A DNA stretch of 64,000 nucleotides. Origin: Chlorokybus atmophyticus. Lineage: Eukaryota; Plantae; Mesostigma and Chlorokybus algae. The translations under genes and the position numbers were made by a program. The stretch lies in NCBI GenBank assembly GCA_009103225.1, contig RHPI01000193.1:1-64000 (forward strand), read 5' to 3'. Each line of letters opens with the position of its first letter. Position 1 is the stretch's first letter. This document shows positions 1-10,179 of the stretch, piece by piece. The notes under the pieces were generated by a model. That model searched no databases. It had not been told where the DNA came from and saw only the letters and a program-made list of their open reading frames with translations.

Positions 1-79
1 ACCCTAACCCTAACCCTAACCCTAACCCTAACCCTAACCCTAACCCTAACCCTAACCCTAACCCTAACCCTAACCCTAA
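1..79 (-). repeat. Telomeric repeat (CCCTAA)n / TTAGGG, left chromosome end
   Basis: About 13 perfect CCCTAA units at the window start, in the orientation expected for a left end; joins directly to retroelement sequence at 80-81. Confidence 0.97.
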
Positions 80-80
80 T

Positions 81-792
81 CCTGGAGTTGGTTGAGTTTG
101 CGATCAACTGCCACCACAATGCAAGCACAGGTGTCACTCCCTTCCTTATGAACTACGGGCAACATCCATTGACACCGTTGACGGCATGGACACCGCGACG
201 ACATGACGTGCGTGTGGAGGCAGCTAATGACTTCCTTACAAAGTGCGCGGACATTAACAAGGCAGCTAGGGATGCGTTATTGGTGGCACAAAATCGGCAG
301 AAGCAGTACGCGGACGCGTATCGCCGACACCTCACGTTTCAGGAAGGCGACATTGTGTTACTCTCCGCGAAGCACGTCCAGGTGCGTACGGGAGTACGCA
401 AGCTGAATGAACGCTGGTTGGGACCATTTAAGGTCAGCAAAGTAATCTCGGACGTGGCGTACGAGTTGGAGCTACCCGACACCATGCGTGTGCACCCCGT
501 TTTTCACGTCTCCCTTCTGAAAGCATATCGAGGACAACCGCCAGAAAGGCCACCCCCCGAAGTTGGCACAGACGGTGAACCCGAGTGGGAGGTAGAAGAC
601 ATCCTTGGTGAGAAGTTTATGCATGGCGTACGCAAGTTCTTAGTGAAATGGAAGGGCTATCCGTTGCATGAAGCATCCTGGGAGCCAGAGGCACACTTGA
701 CTAATGCTCAAGACGTTGTGCGTGCCTATCTTGCTCGACGACACCCTCGCGAGCTTCGAGGACGAAGCTCACCTGGGGGGGGAGGAGTGTAA
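81..792 (+). mobile_element. 5'-truncated chromovirus (Ty3/Gypsy) integrase C-terminus with chromodomain (element C1)
   Basis: ORF 88-792: VEFAINCHHNASTGVTPFLMNYG, GPY/F-type WLGPFKV...VHPVFHVSLLK, chromodomain EWEVEDILGEK...FLVKWKGYPLHEASWEPEAHL. PPT GGGGGGGGAGGAG at 775-787 directly before the LTR. Confidence 0.93.
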
Positions 793-1459
793 CAGTCAAG
801 GCCAAATTCTGTGATTTTCATGGCCGTTTTAGGCTTTATTTGTAAGGTACATGTTTTTAATGACTTGTGGCGGATATCGGCGAGTTATGAGTCTGCCGCG
901 GATATCGACCGGGGCCCCAAGACCAGTCCGGAAGGTGCCAGAAAACGGAGGGCCAGTCGAGAAGGGCTCGACCAGATTTCTGGAAGGGCCTGGCGCCAAG
1001 TAGTATAACTTGACCATATGAGCAGCAAATTAGGAGATCTTTGGTGCGTTAGAAAGGTCTAGAAGTGTACTACAAGATTCTGCGAGAATATCTTAGCTTC
1101 TAGTTCCGTCTAGCGCTAGAATCGTCTAGACAGTAGCATGTGCAGACTGGTAGGTATAAAAGTGACATTCTACAACTTGCAATACAACCTTTAGCTCCCT
1201 AGTTTCTTGTGTGCAAGCTTGGTGGTGGTTAGCAGGGGTTGCTAGCGTGTGCCCACCGGTGTGTGCTTGCTTGTGTGACGATCCAAGGCGCTACACAAGT
1301 CGGTATGTAGCTTCGAGCGCATGCGCGTTCGTACGCGAGTGGCGGGGCGCGTGTGTGTGCTTGGCAGAGGGGGCAAGGTTCCGGTGTGAATACCGTGTCT
1401 TGGTGAGAGGGTTATGGATTGGACCAACTCACAGGTGACAAGGCACGAGCACCGTCACA
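788..1459 (+). repeat. Chromovirus 3' LTR (672 bp, TGTAACA...GTCACA)
   Basis: Starts TG right after the PPT and ends CA; TATAAAA near 1155; near-identical inverted copy at 6750-7421 and diverged copy at 22143-22805; followed by TSD CCCTC (1460-1464). Confidence 0.93.
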
Positions 1460-4400
1460 CCCTCGCTCCAGGTTGTTCTGGGAGCTGATGAGGATCATCC
1501 ACCTCCTTCAACACCACCAGATCTCCAGACCCCTGGGGTACGTCATTGAAAATGTGCATTCAGAGGACGACAAGCGTCCGCACGTGGCCTCCAGCTACCG
1601 ACAAGTTTGCTCCATTCTGGGGCACCCACTCAAGGTGAACGCGGCACGACATGGCTCGCGCGCACATCGTGTACGTGCCAAATGGACAAACTTGGCCACC
1701 GTGGAGGAGCTCATTACCGCCGAATACACGCGCAGCGCTCGGCCGCGCAACCTGCTGGTCGACGACATCCTTGACCCCGGCCGCACAGCACAACCTGTCC
1801 TGCATCATAACCACAAGCACTTCTACCAGTGCAATCAGCCTGGTCAGCCCCGTCGCGCACTCCCCACATTGGTGTCCTACCCGGGCTCCTACGCATTTCG
1901 GAACGGTGGTGACGGGATGGTATTTGATGCAACCACCAACACGTTGGAAGAACCCAACGCACGCGAACGTGAATGCGCCATGGGCTTCTTCCCCAACAGC
2001 ATCACAGGTTCATCGCTGACGGACAATCAGCAATGCCAGCTGCTTGGTCGCGCCATGGACCAGAACAGCATGATATGGCTGCTGGAGCTGAGCTTTGCGT
2101 TGCAGGACCGCCACGTGTCCTTCGAGGATCTCGAACACTTGGCTGGGGGGTGGGCTGATCGCGTCAACACCAAGGCAGCTCACACAGCTTTCGAGGTGGT
2201 CCACATGGAGGAGCAAGCGGCAGTGACAGTGGAGGACATTCCTGTGGTTGCCAATGCGACCTCCTGGGACCATGCCATTAGCCCGTTGGCCACGGAAGAC
2301 ACTCGAGAGAAGCTGGAGGCTCTCCTTAATAAATGGGGGAGCCAATTCAGCTTCAATGTGAAGGAATTGGGTACATGTGCGGTGTACCAGATGGACATTG
2401 AGCTAGTGGACACTGAGCCGGTGTTCCGGCGACAATACAGGCTCTCCAAGTTGGAAAAAGATTTGGTGGAACAGAGATGCAAGGCGCTGCTAGATGCAGG
2501 CCTTATCGAAGAGTCCACATCGGACTTCGCAGCAGCAACCGTCATGCCCCTGAAGAAGGATTCAGCAGGCAACTGGACAGAGCGACGCATGTGTGGCGAC
2601 TATCGTCTCCTCAATAACAAGACCAAGCAAGACCGGTACCCCATGCCCACAGCAGAGGGTATTTTTGATGATGTGGGAGACTGCACAGTCTTCAGCATCC
2701 TGGACATGCGTCAGGGGTACAACCAGATCGCCATCAAGGACGAGGACAAGCACAAGACCTCCTTCTGGGGCAACCGACAGTTGTACCAATGGAAGGTAAT
2801 GCCGTTCGGGCTGAAGAACGCCCGCGCCAAGTTTCAACGCGTCATGGACAAAGCCTTGAAGGGGTTGGACTGCGCGCGGTGCTACATCGATGACATCTTC
2901 ATCTTCAGCCGCAGAAGCGAGGAGCATCTTCAGCACATCGAAGCGGTGCTGGAACGACTCAAGGGAGTGGGGATGACCGTACACCCCGACAAGTGTACCT
3001 TCTTCACCCACAAGGTGCCGTACTTAGGGCACATGATTGTGCCCCATGGTGTGTATGCGCAGCAGGCCAAAGTAGAGGCTCTGGCAGCTATCCCTGCCCC
3101 GACAGACCTCACGCGCCTGCGCGCTTTCTTGGGACTTGCCAACTATTATCGTCGATTCGTGAAGGACTTCGCGAAGATCGCAAGGCCTCTCAACGAGCTA
3201 CTGAAAAAGGAGGTGGAGTTCGCGTGGAAGGAGTCGCAACAGCAGGCCTTCGAGGAGCTGAAGAGCAGACTCACCAGCGCTCCCATCCTTCAACGTCCGG
3301 ACTACGCCAAGCCTTTCATCCTTCACACCGACTGGAGCAAGCTGGGGATGGGAGCGGTGCTGGTGCAGCACGATGAGAACAAGAAGGAGCGGGTGGTGTC
3401 ATACGCCAGCCGAAGCAACAACAGCGCCGAGGCCAACTACAGCAGCTACGAAGGGGAGTGCCTCGCTGCAGTGTGGGCCATCTCCTTCTTTCGACCTTTC
3501 CTCTTTGGTCGACAGTTCCAACTGATCACCGATCATCAGCCCCTCAAGTGGCTGATGACCAACCAACATCTAACAGGGAAAACTTGCTCGATGGGCCCTG
3601 CTGTTACAGGAATACGACTTCGAGATTGACCACCGCGCTGGCCTCACCAACCAAGACGCCGATGGCCTCAGTCGCAACCCCCACCTCAGCACCAACGACG
3701 CAACTGGAGCGCGGCATGAGCTCATCCCTGCAGCAACAGCTCCCACCATGGCAGCCATGTTTGCTGCTGCCGCGTTGCGCTCAGGGCGCAAGACCAACAC
3801 CACAACCTCAGCAGTGGTAGAGGAGATTCCTGCCCTTGAGTCTACCGACCCTGCGGCAATCACACCCTTGGGAGACGCCCACGCAGCCGACATTGACGTC
3901 GATGACACAAAGCTGGCGTCCACTGACACCGGGCAGGACATATGGCACGACAAGCCATCACTCTCCTTTCTTCAACGTGGCCATCCCCCCTCTGGCATGA
4001 GCGCTCGAGAGAAGGACCGGGTCAACCAATGCACCCGTCACTATCGATGGACAGGTGACAAGCTGTATCGCCGCTTCCACGACGAAGACAAGGAAGTGCC
4101 GACACCAGTCACGCGCGAGGACATCATCACTTCCCTCCACACTGAGCTTGGACACTTTGGTGTCAAGCGCACAGTCAGTCTAGTGAAAGCACAATATTGG
4201 TGGCATGGATTAACAAAACAGGTGCAAATGTTCGTCAGCCACTGCCAGCAGTGTGACATGGTGCGCGCCAGCCTCAACACGCGTAGCGCCACCTTGCACC
4301 CACTCCCCATCTCCGGTCTCTTTTACCGATGGGGACTCGACATCTTGGGGGACTTGGCACCCTCAGCACGTGGCAACCGTTACATCCTGGTCATGATTGA

Positions 4401-5400
4401 GCACTTCTTCAAATGGGTGGAGCTGGTGCCATTACCCGACAAGAGCAGCAGGGGGGTGTCTCAAGCCTTCCTCTCTCATGTTCTCAGCCGCTTTGGCAGC
4501 TGCGCCGAGGTCATCACCGACCAAGGTACTGAGTTCAGAGGGGAATTCGACACCCTCTTGGACAAATGTTACATCGACCACCGCCGTACCTCGCGTGATC
4601 ACCCTCAAGCCGACGGCCTCACCGAGCGGACGGTACAGACCATCAAGAAGGCGCTCCGCAAATACGTGTTGGAGTACAAGAAGGACACTTGGGATGACCA
4701 CCTCCCATGGGTGGTCCTTGGATATCGGTTGTCAAAACAGGCGGCTCTGCGGGAGTACCGCCCGTACTACCTGCTGTTTGGGCGACCACCATTGATCCCC
4801 TTCCGTGCGCAACAGGAGGTGGATCGCGTCGTGAACAACCTCGACGACCCTGACTGGATGCACCACGATATCACCACGCGCGCCGCACTTTTCGAGCGCA
4901 TCGTCCCCATGGCCTTCAACAATCTGCGCATCGCGCAGCATCGCGACACGCTGCGCTACGAGCGCGTACGCAGCGGCTTTTACAAGGAGCGCCAACGGCG
5001 ATTCCAAGCGGGGGACTTTGCCTATCGCATGGCAGCCACCAAAGACACGCTTGACACCTCCGTAGGCCGCACCGTCTACAAGGTACTCAAAGTGTACCCC
5101 ACAGGGGTGCTGGACCTCCTTGGTCAAAACGGAGAAAGGTTAAAGGACAACATGGTGAACTGTGCGCCATGTCACCTCCCTTACGTAGCCGGCTTCGGGC
5201 GTATCCAGCACCCTCGTCCTGCGCGCAGCACACGCTGTGAACACTGCGGCAGCGCCGGCGACGACGCACTCATGATGCTCTGCGATGGCTGCAACAAAGG
5301 CCTGCATTGCTACTGCCTGGAGCCACCTTTGGACACGATACCTATGGAAGAATATTGGTGCGACGACTGCCGTACCAACGGCCCTCCTCACTTGCGCTAG
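1460..5400 (+). mobile_element. Pol 3' part of DNMT-Gypsy copy I: C5-methyltransferase C-half, RT, RNase H, integrase, PHD finger (+1 frameshift near 3580)
   Basis: MTase motifs V-X: (ENP)RSRLFWE, YVIENV, AHRVRAKWTN, EEPNARERECAMGF, QLLGRAMD. RT: RMCGDYRLLN, MPFGLKNA, YIDD. RNase H: LHTDWS...ITDH. Integrase: HTELGH...C..C, WGLD, TDQG, LTER. PHD: CEHC...CDGC..GLHCYC...WCDDC. GGGAAAACTT versus GGGAAACTT in copy T explains the ORF split. Confidence 0.93.
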
Positions 5401-5444
5401 CAGCTGAGCTCTGGAGCCGGAACCTTCCCCAGAGCCCAGGGGGG

Positions 5445-6522
5445 GTGGCTTGTTGACTTTGTATGCTACGGCACAGCATGTTCTTAGGGAAAACACCGAC
5501 TCCATCTGCCCGTACTACCCAGCAGCAGCACCCCAGCTGCACGAAGCACTTGTCACCATGAGGGTGGAGGTCATCTTTTTGTTCTTGCTACGCGTCACCC
5601 AGGTGGCGCAGCAGCATGTCCAGCACAGTCTGGCTGTCCATGCAGCTGTCCGAGACAGCGTGACCCTCGACTCCCCTCGACCCGACAGCTGTCATGCCTA
5701 TCGCCCAAGCATGCCCGTCGTCATCGGGCATGCCTACAGCAAAGACCCTCGCCCGGCTTACCAGCATGGCAACCCGCGCTCGCCTCTGACCAGTAGCTAG
5801 GTCATGTCCCTAGAGTAGCTCGTGACCATAGCCTGCATAGGCACCGCGCGTAGCTGTTCAATTGTGAGTTCAGTTATAAGTCCGGTTCCATATCGAGTGG
5901 GCATTTCCTGTGGAAATAGCCTCGATATGACCGTTAGCTTATGTTCTGGACAGTCATGAGTTGACTTGTATAAGTAGGCACAGTGTTCACCGGATCAGCT
6001 AGTGACACTGTAAGCGTGAAAGCTAAGAGCTTGTGAAGCGACTTGAACTACGAGCACACCGTCCTGGTTCTCAAGAATCCCCTCACCGTGTGAGAGCCTG
6101 TGCATGTTCTTGTGCACTGCGCTTGTTCTTGCTGTGAGCTTTGTGTATTTGGTCGCGGTGTGCTTGTTGGCATCAGACAGGGCATAGCATCCACGTGTTG
6201 CTTGCTCATTCACCTCACTTAACAGTGTAATTCCTCTCCCACTCACGCAAAGAACTGTGTAAACAGCACTACCTATAGTAGTGGCTTGTTGACTCTAGAT
6301 GCTACGGCACAGCATGTTCTTAGGGAAAACACCGACTCCATCTGCCCGTACTACCCAGCAGCAGCACCCAGCTGCACGAAGCACTTGTCACAATGAGGGT
6401 GGAGGTCATCTTTCTGTTCTTGCTACGCGTCACCCAGGTGGCGCAGCAGCATGTCCAGCACAGTCTGGCTGTCCATGCAGCTGTCCGAGACAGCGTGACC
6501 CTCGACTCCCCTCGACCCGACA
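5445..6522 (+). repeat. 3' split direct repeat B1-A2-B2 of DNMT-Gypsy copy I
   Basis: B1 5445-5687, GC spacer, A2 5690-6295, B2 6281-6522. A2 matches A1 (12851-13456, minus). G-run PPT at 5439-5445 precedes B1. The element ends CCCGACA, then ATCT (TSD). Confidence 0.9.
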
Positions 6523-6749
6523 ATCTGATACACCGAGCACGTTTCTAATTCCTTCACGTTTAAGCTGAATTAGCTCCTCCATTTGTTGAGGAGAGCCTCC
6601 AGCTTCTCTCGAGTGTCTTCTGTGGCCAACGGGCCAATGGCATGGTCCCAGGAGGTGGCATTGGCGACCACGGCAATGTCCTCCACTGTCACTGCTGCTT
6701 GCTCCTCCATGTGGACCACCTCGAGGGCTGTGTGAGCTGCCTTGGTGTC
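6523..6749 (-). pseudogene. Fragment of the MTase-RT linker of DNMT-Gypsy copy T (left flank of the copy I insertion)
   Basis: Reverse complement aligns to about 2166-2392 and ends ...TATCAGAT; the sequence resumes at 13457 with AGATGGACATC. Confidence 0.88.
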
Positions 6750-7421
6750 TGTGACGGTGCTCGTGCCTTGTCACCTGTGAGTTGGTCCAATCCACAACCC
6801 TCTCACCAAGACACGGTATTCACACCGGAACCTTGCCCCCTCTGCCAAGCACACACACGCGCCCCGCCACTCGCGTACGCACGCGCATGCGCTCGAAGCT
6901 ACACACCGACTTGTGTAGCGCCTTGGATCGTCACACAAGCAAGCACACACCGGTGGGCACACGCTAGCAACCCCTGCTAACCACCACCAAGCTTGCACAC
7001 AAGAAACTAGGGAGCTAAAGGTTGTATTGCAAGTTGTGGAATGTCACTTTTATACCTACCAGTCTGCACATGCTACTGTCTAGACGATTCTAGCGCTAGA
7101 CGGAACTAGAAGCTAAGATATTCTCGCAGATTCTTGTAGTACACTTCTAGACCTTTCCAACGCACCAAAGATCTCCTAATTTGCTGCTCATATGGTCAAG
7201 TTATACTACTTGGCGCCAGGCCCTTCCAGAAATCTGGTCGAGCCCTTCTCGACTGGCCCTCCGTTTTCTGGCACCTTCCGGACTGGTCTTGGGGCCCCGG
7301 TCGATATCCGCGGCAGACTCATAACTCGCCGATATCCGCCACAAGTCATTAAAAACATGTACCTTACAAATAAGGCCTAAAACGGCCATGAAAATCACAG
7401 AATTTGGCCTTGACTGTTACA
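6750..7421 (-). repeat. Chromovirus LTR (hybrid, non-matching flanks)
   Basis: About 99% identical by eye to 788-1459 in inverted orientation; flanked by CCCTC on one side and GACAC on the other. Confidence 0.92.
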
Positions 7422-10179
7422 GAGGGTTTTCGAGGCCTTGTCCCTTGCCTGCCCTGGAGTGCCCTTGGCATTCCCATCCAGCTATTAACAGGTCGACATT
7501 GCGGAGGGACAGTAGGTGATCTTCAGTGATCAGCCGGACGTCCTGTGGCAATGCTTTGAGGCTGCCTTGCAACGCCGAGAGGGGTAGTTGACGTGGATAC
7601 CTGGTGTGCAGTTGGCGTAAGTGGTGCTTGAGGCCCGTTTGTGCGTGTGGGTCTGGGTCACAGTAATAGTATTTGGTAACCTTCACGCCCGTGTTAAGGA
7701 CCGCAGCAAGACCACTGCCAATGCCTCCAAACAGCTCCAACACTGTGATGCCCTGTTGTCTGCGAAAGGTGTGGAATTCCACCACTCCGGTGGCCACCAT
7801 ATGGTGGTCCTGCACCTTGACGTGGCTTCGGTAGTTGGGGAAGCGCGTGGTGATCAGTGGGTGGCTGAGCAAGATGTGTGCGTCCACCTGTGCGCGCCAG
7901 CGCCGTTCAGCTGGGTCTTGTAATGCTACTTCCACGGTGGCATCCTCCTGCTCCTCGTTGTACGAAATGGGAGAGGGGTCGCCGGTTTGACACGGGGTTG
8001 TGGCACCAGCAGCGACTTGCGTCCGAGCACCGTTGTATATGGCCATTACAGCCTTACGGGTGCGGGCGTGTCTGAGTGTGGCCATGGCAGCCATTTTGCG
8101 TTGGGCGCGCGTGCGCGAGACCAACTCGAGAGGCAGGAAACCCTGTACCTCTCCTTCATCCTCATCCCAATGTGGCCGAAACCACGCTCGTTGTGTCCAG
8201 CAGTCGAGGCCCATGCCCACAGGGAAGTTGAAATCCTGCCCAAGCAGAAAGTCGAAGGAGCCGGCATTGGTGACCACGCATTGCTGGACGATCTCGGTCG
8301 TGTAGGTTGGGTCCAGCCCTGTCAACCGAATGCAAAAGGCCTCCCTGGTGACTCCCATCACCTTATCCCGGCTACCTGTGGCAGTGTCCAACACGTACGG
8401 GCAAGGCACCAAGTCGAAACTGGTTATGCCTAGGGACCGCGCGAGGAAGCGCCCGATGATGGCACGCTGTGCTCCGCTGTCCAACATTACCCGCTTGGGT
8501 GCCAGACCGTTGATGGTAACGTGCTTGCCTTGGTTGGCCACAATGGCAGCGTTGGCGTCGATACGCAACCTCTTCATACGAGGTGTCTGTTCCTCTGACT
8601 CAGTTGCCTCAGCTGGAGATGCTGAGCGCATGGCAGCCAGAGCTCCTCTGCCTGCTGGATCCGAAGAACCCCCTCCTTGCCCTCTCCCTCTGCCGAACCG
8701 ACCTTGTCGAGGTGGTTGGTAGACACGGGGGGGCCTCGGTGCTGGAGGTTCCGGCGCCGGTTGTGGTGGCGGCGCAGGTGGATGACGCCTCTGCGAAGCT
8801 GGAATCATGCCCGCGGGCGTACCCAGTGGCTGTGGAGGGAACCCCGGCGGACCCGGTGTTTGTGGGCCTGCCTCGCGTTCAGCTTGCTCCGCGGCGTACG
8901 TCCATCGGACAGCATGAGCTGCTTCTCTGAGTAACGTCCCTTCCCACGTGGCCGTGGGCTCGGTGTCCGTGTCGGTCCAATGATGATATTGAGGCATGGG
9001 CTGCAGGTATACGGCGCGTAGTAGCTGTCGCCGCATGTCGTGAGTAATGGTGGGGACTCGTAGGATCCCTGCCATGTAGGCATCCCACCTTCCTTGTACC
9101 ACTCCCACATCGAGCACAGTCATGGCGCGAGCACGTAGGGTGCGCTGGAGGTCAGTCTGCTGTGCATGTAGCTCATGAGCAATGGCGAAGCGCCGCCGTT
9201 GCCGTGCGGCTTCCACCCCTGGCAGCCGAAGCATTGCCTCTTGCACTCCCTCCAGCGTGTCCGGGGCTGTGGTGGCAGCCTCGTCGTATGCTTGTCGCAG
9301 CGAACGAACGAATGCCCCCAACCATGATGCTCGGTTGCCAAAGGCAAACAGGGGGACAGCAGGGTGATTGGCAACGAGCCTTGTCACGAGACGAGCTCGA
9401 GCGGCGCTGCCCTCTTGCATCCCCATCATCTGTCTTAATGTGTTGCCCTCAGGCCTATGCAACATGACTGCTTGCCGGATGAGTGCGGTACGGAGTTGTT
9501 GCTCCCCCACCATACCAGCTCCTCCTCGTTGTGTGGTGTCCCCTTGCGGGGTGAGGTACCCTCGCCCTGCATCGCGTTGATCCTCAGGCATGTCTTCGAC
9601 CAAAGGAGGCAGCAGCGGGGCGATTACTCCCCTCAATTGTTGCGCCAACGCCCTCGCTTGGTCTGCAACAGTTGCGTGTCCCGGCTGCTCGATGGCGATC
9701 GCCGTGGAGTGTGCTGTGGTCGGCGCCGTGGAGGCGCTGGCAACATGTGCTGGCGCTATGGTTGGTACGATAACGGCGTGTGCTGCTTCGTACGCTTGTC
9801 GGCGTGCGTCCACTTGGGCAGCTTGGTCCATGCAATACCGATGGGCCTGTTCGAGTGCAGAGAAACGCTCTTGACGACTGCCTGGAGTGAGCCCCCGGAG
9901 AGCGAGATCAATGCCCAGCGCGATGTCAGACATCGTGACCACGAGGTCTTGGAGTTTGTGTCGCTGGAGGCCGAGTGGGTCCAGTGGCGAAGGCTCGAAG
10001 TCGATCTGTTCAGCGGGCATGGGCTGTCGCGATTGACTGGGTGCGCCCTGCAACCGTGCGTGTAATGCCAGGAATAACTGAATGGCCAGTTCCAACACCG
10101 CAGGTCGGCGATAGGTGACCCCGAACAGACGATCCCTCATCTCTGGTGCAGTGCCGGCGAGGATTTCATCCTCCAGCTG
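7422..10179 (-). mobile_element. Pol 5' part of DNMT-Gypsy copy I: unknown helical/Pro-rich region, aspartic protease, C5-methyltransferase N-half
   Basis: Protease RVMLDSGA...DFLLGQDF. MTase motif I VLELFGGIGSG, II YYYCDPDP, III PQDVRLI, IV VDLLIAGWECQGHSRAG. Cut at GLENP by the chromovirus LTR (TSD CCCTC); continues in frame at 1460. Confidence 0.92.

Noticed and set aside
5401-5490. env-like or extra ORF after integrase
   Set aside because: Only about 29 codons to the next stop, and the region is PPT plus repeat B.
5690-6522. A-B as an ordinary LTR or solo LTR that happened to insert after B1
   Set aside because: There is no TSD at the junction (only GC), the same arrangement occurs in two copies with copy-specific B1=B2, and the 5' end lacks B.
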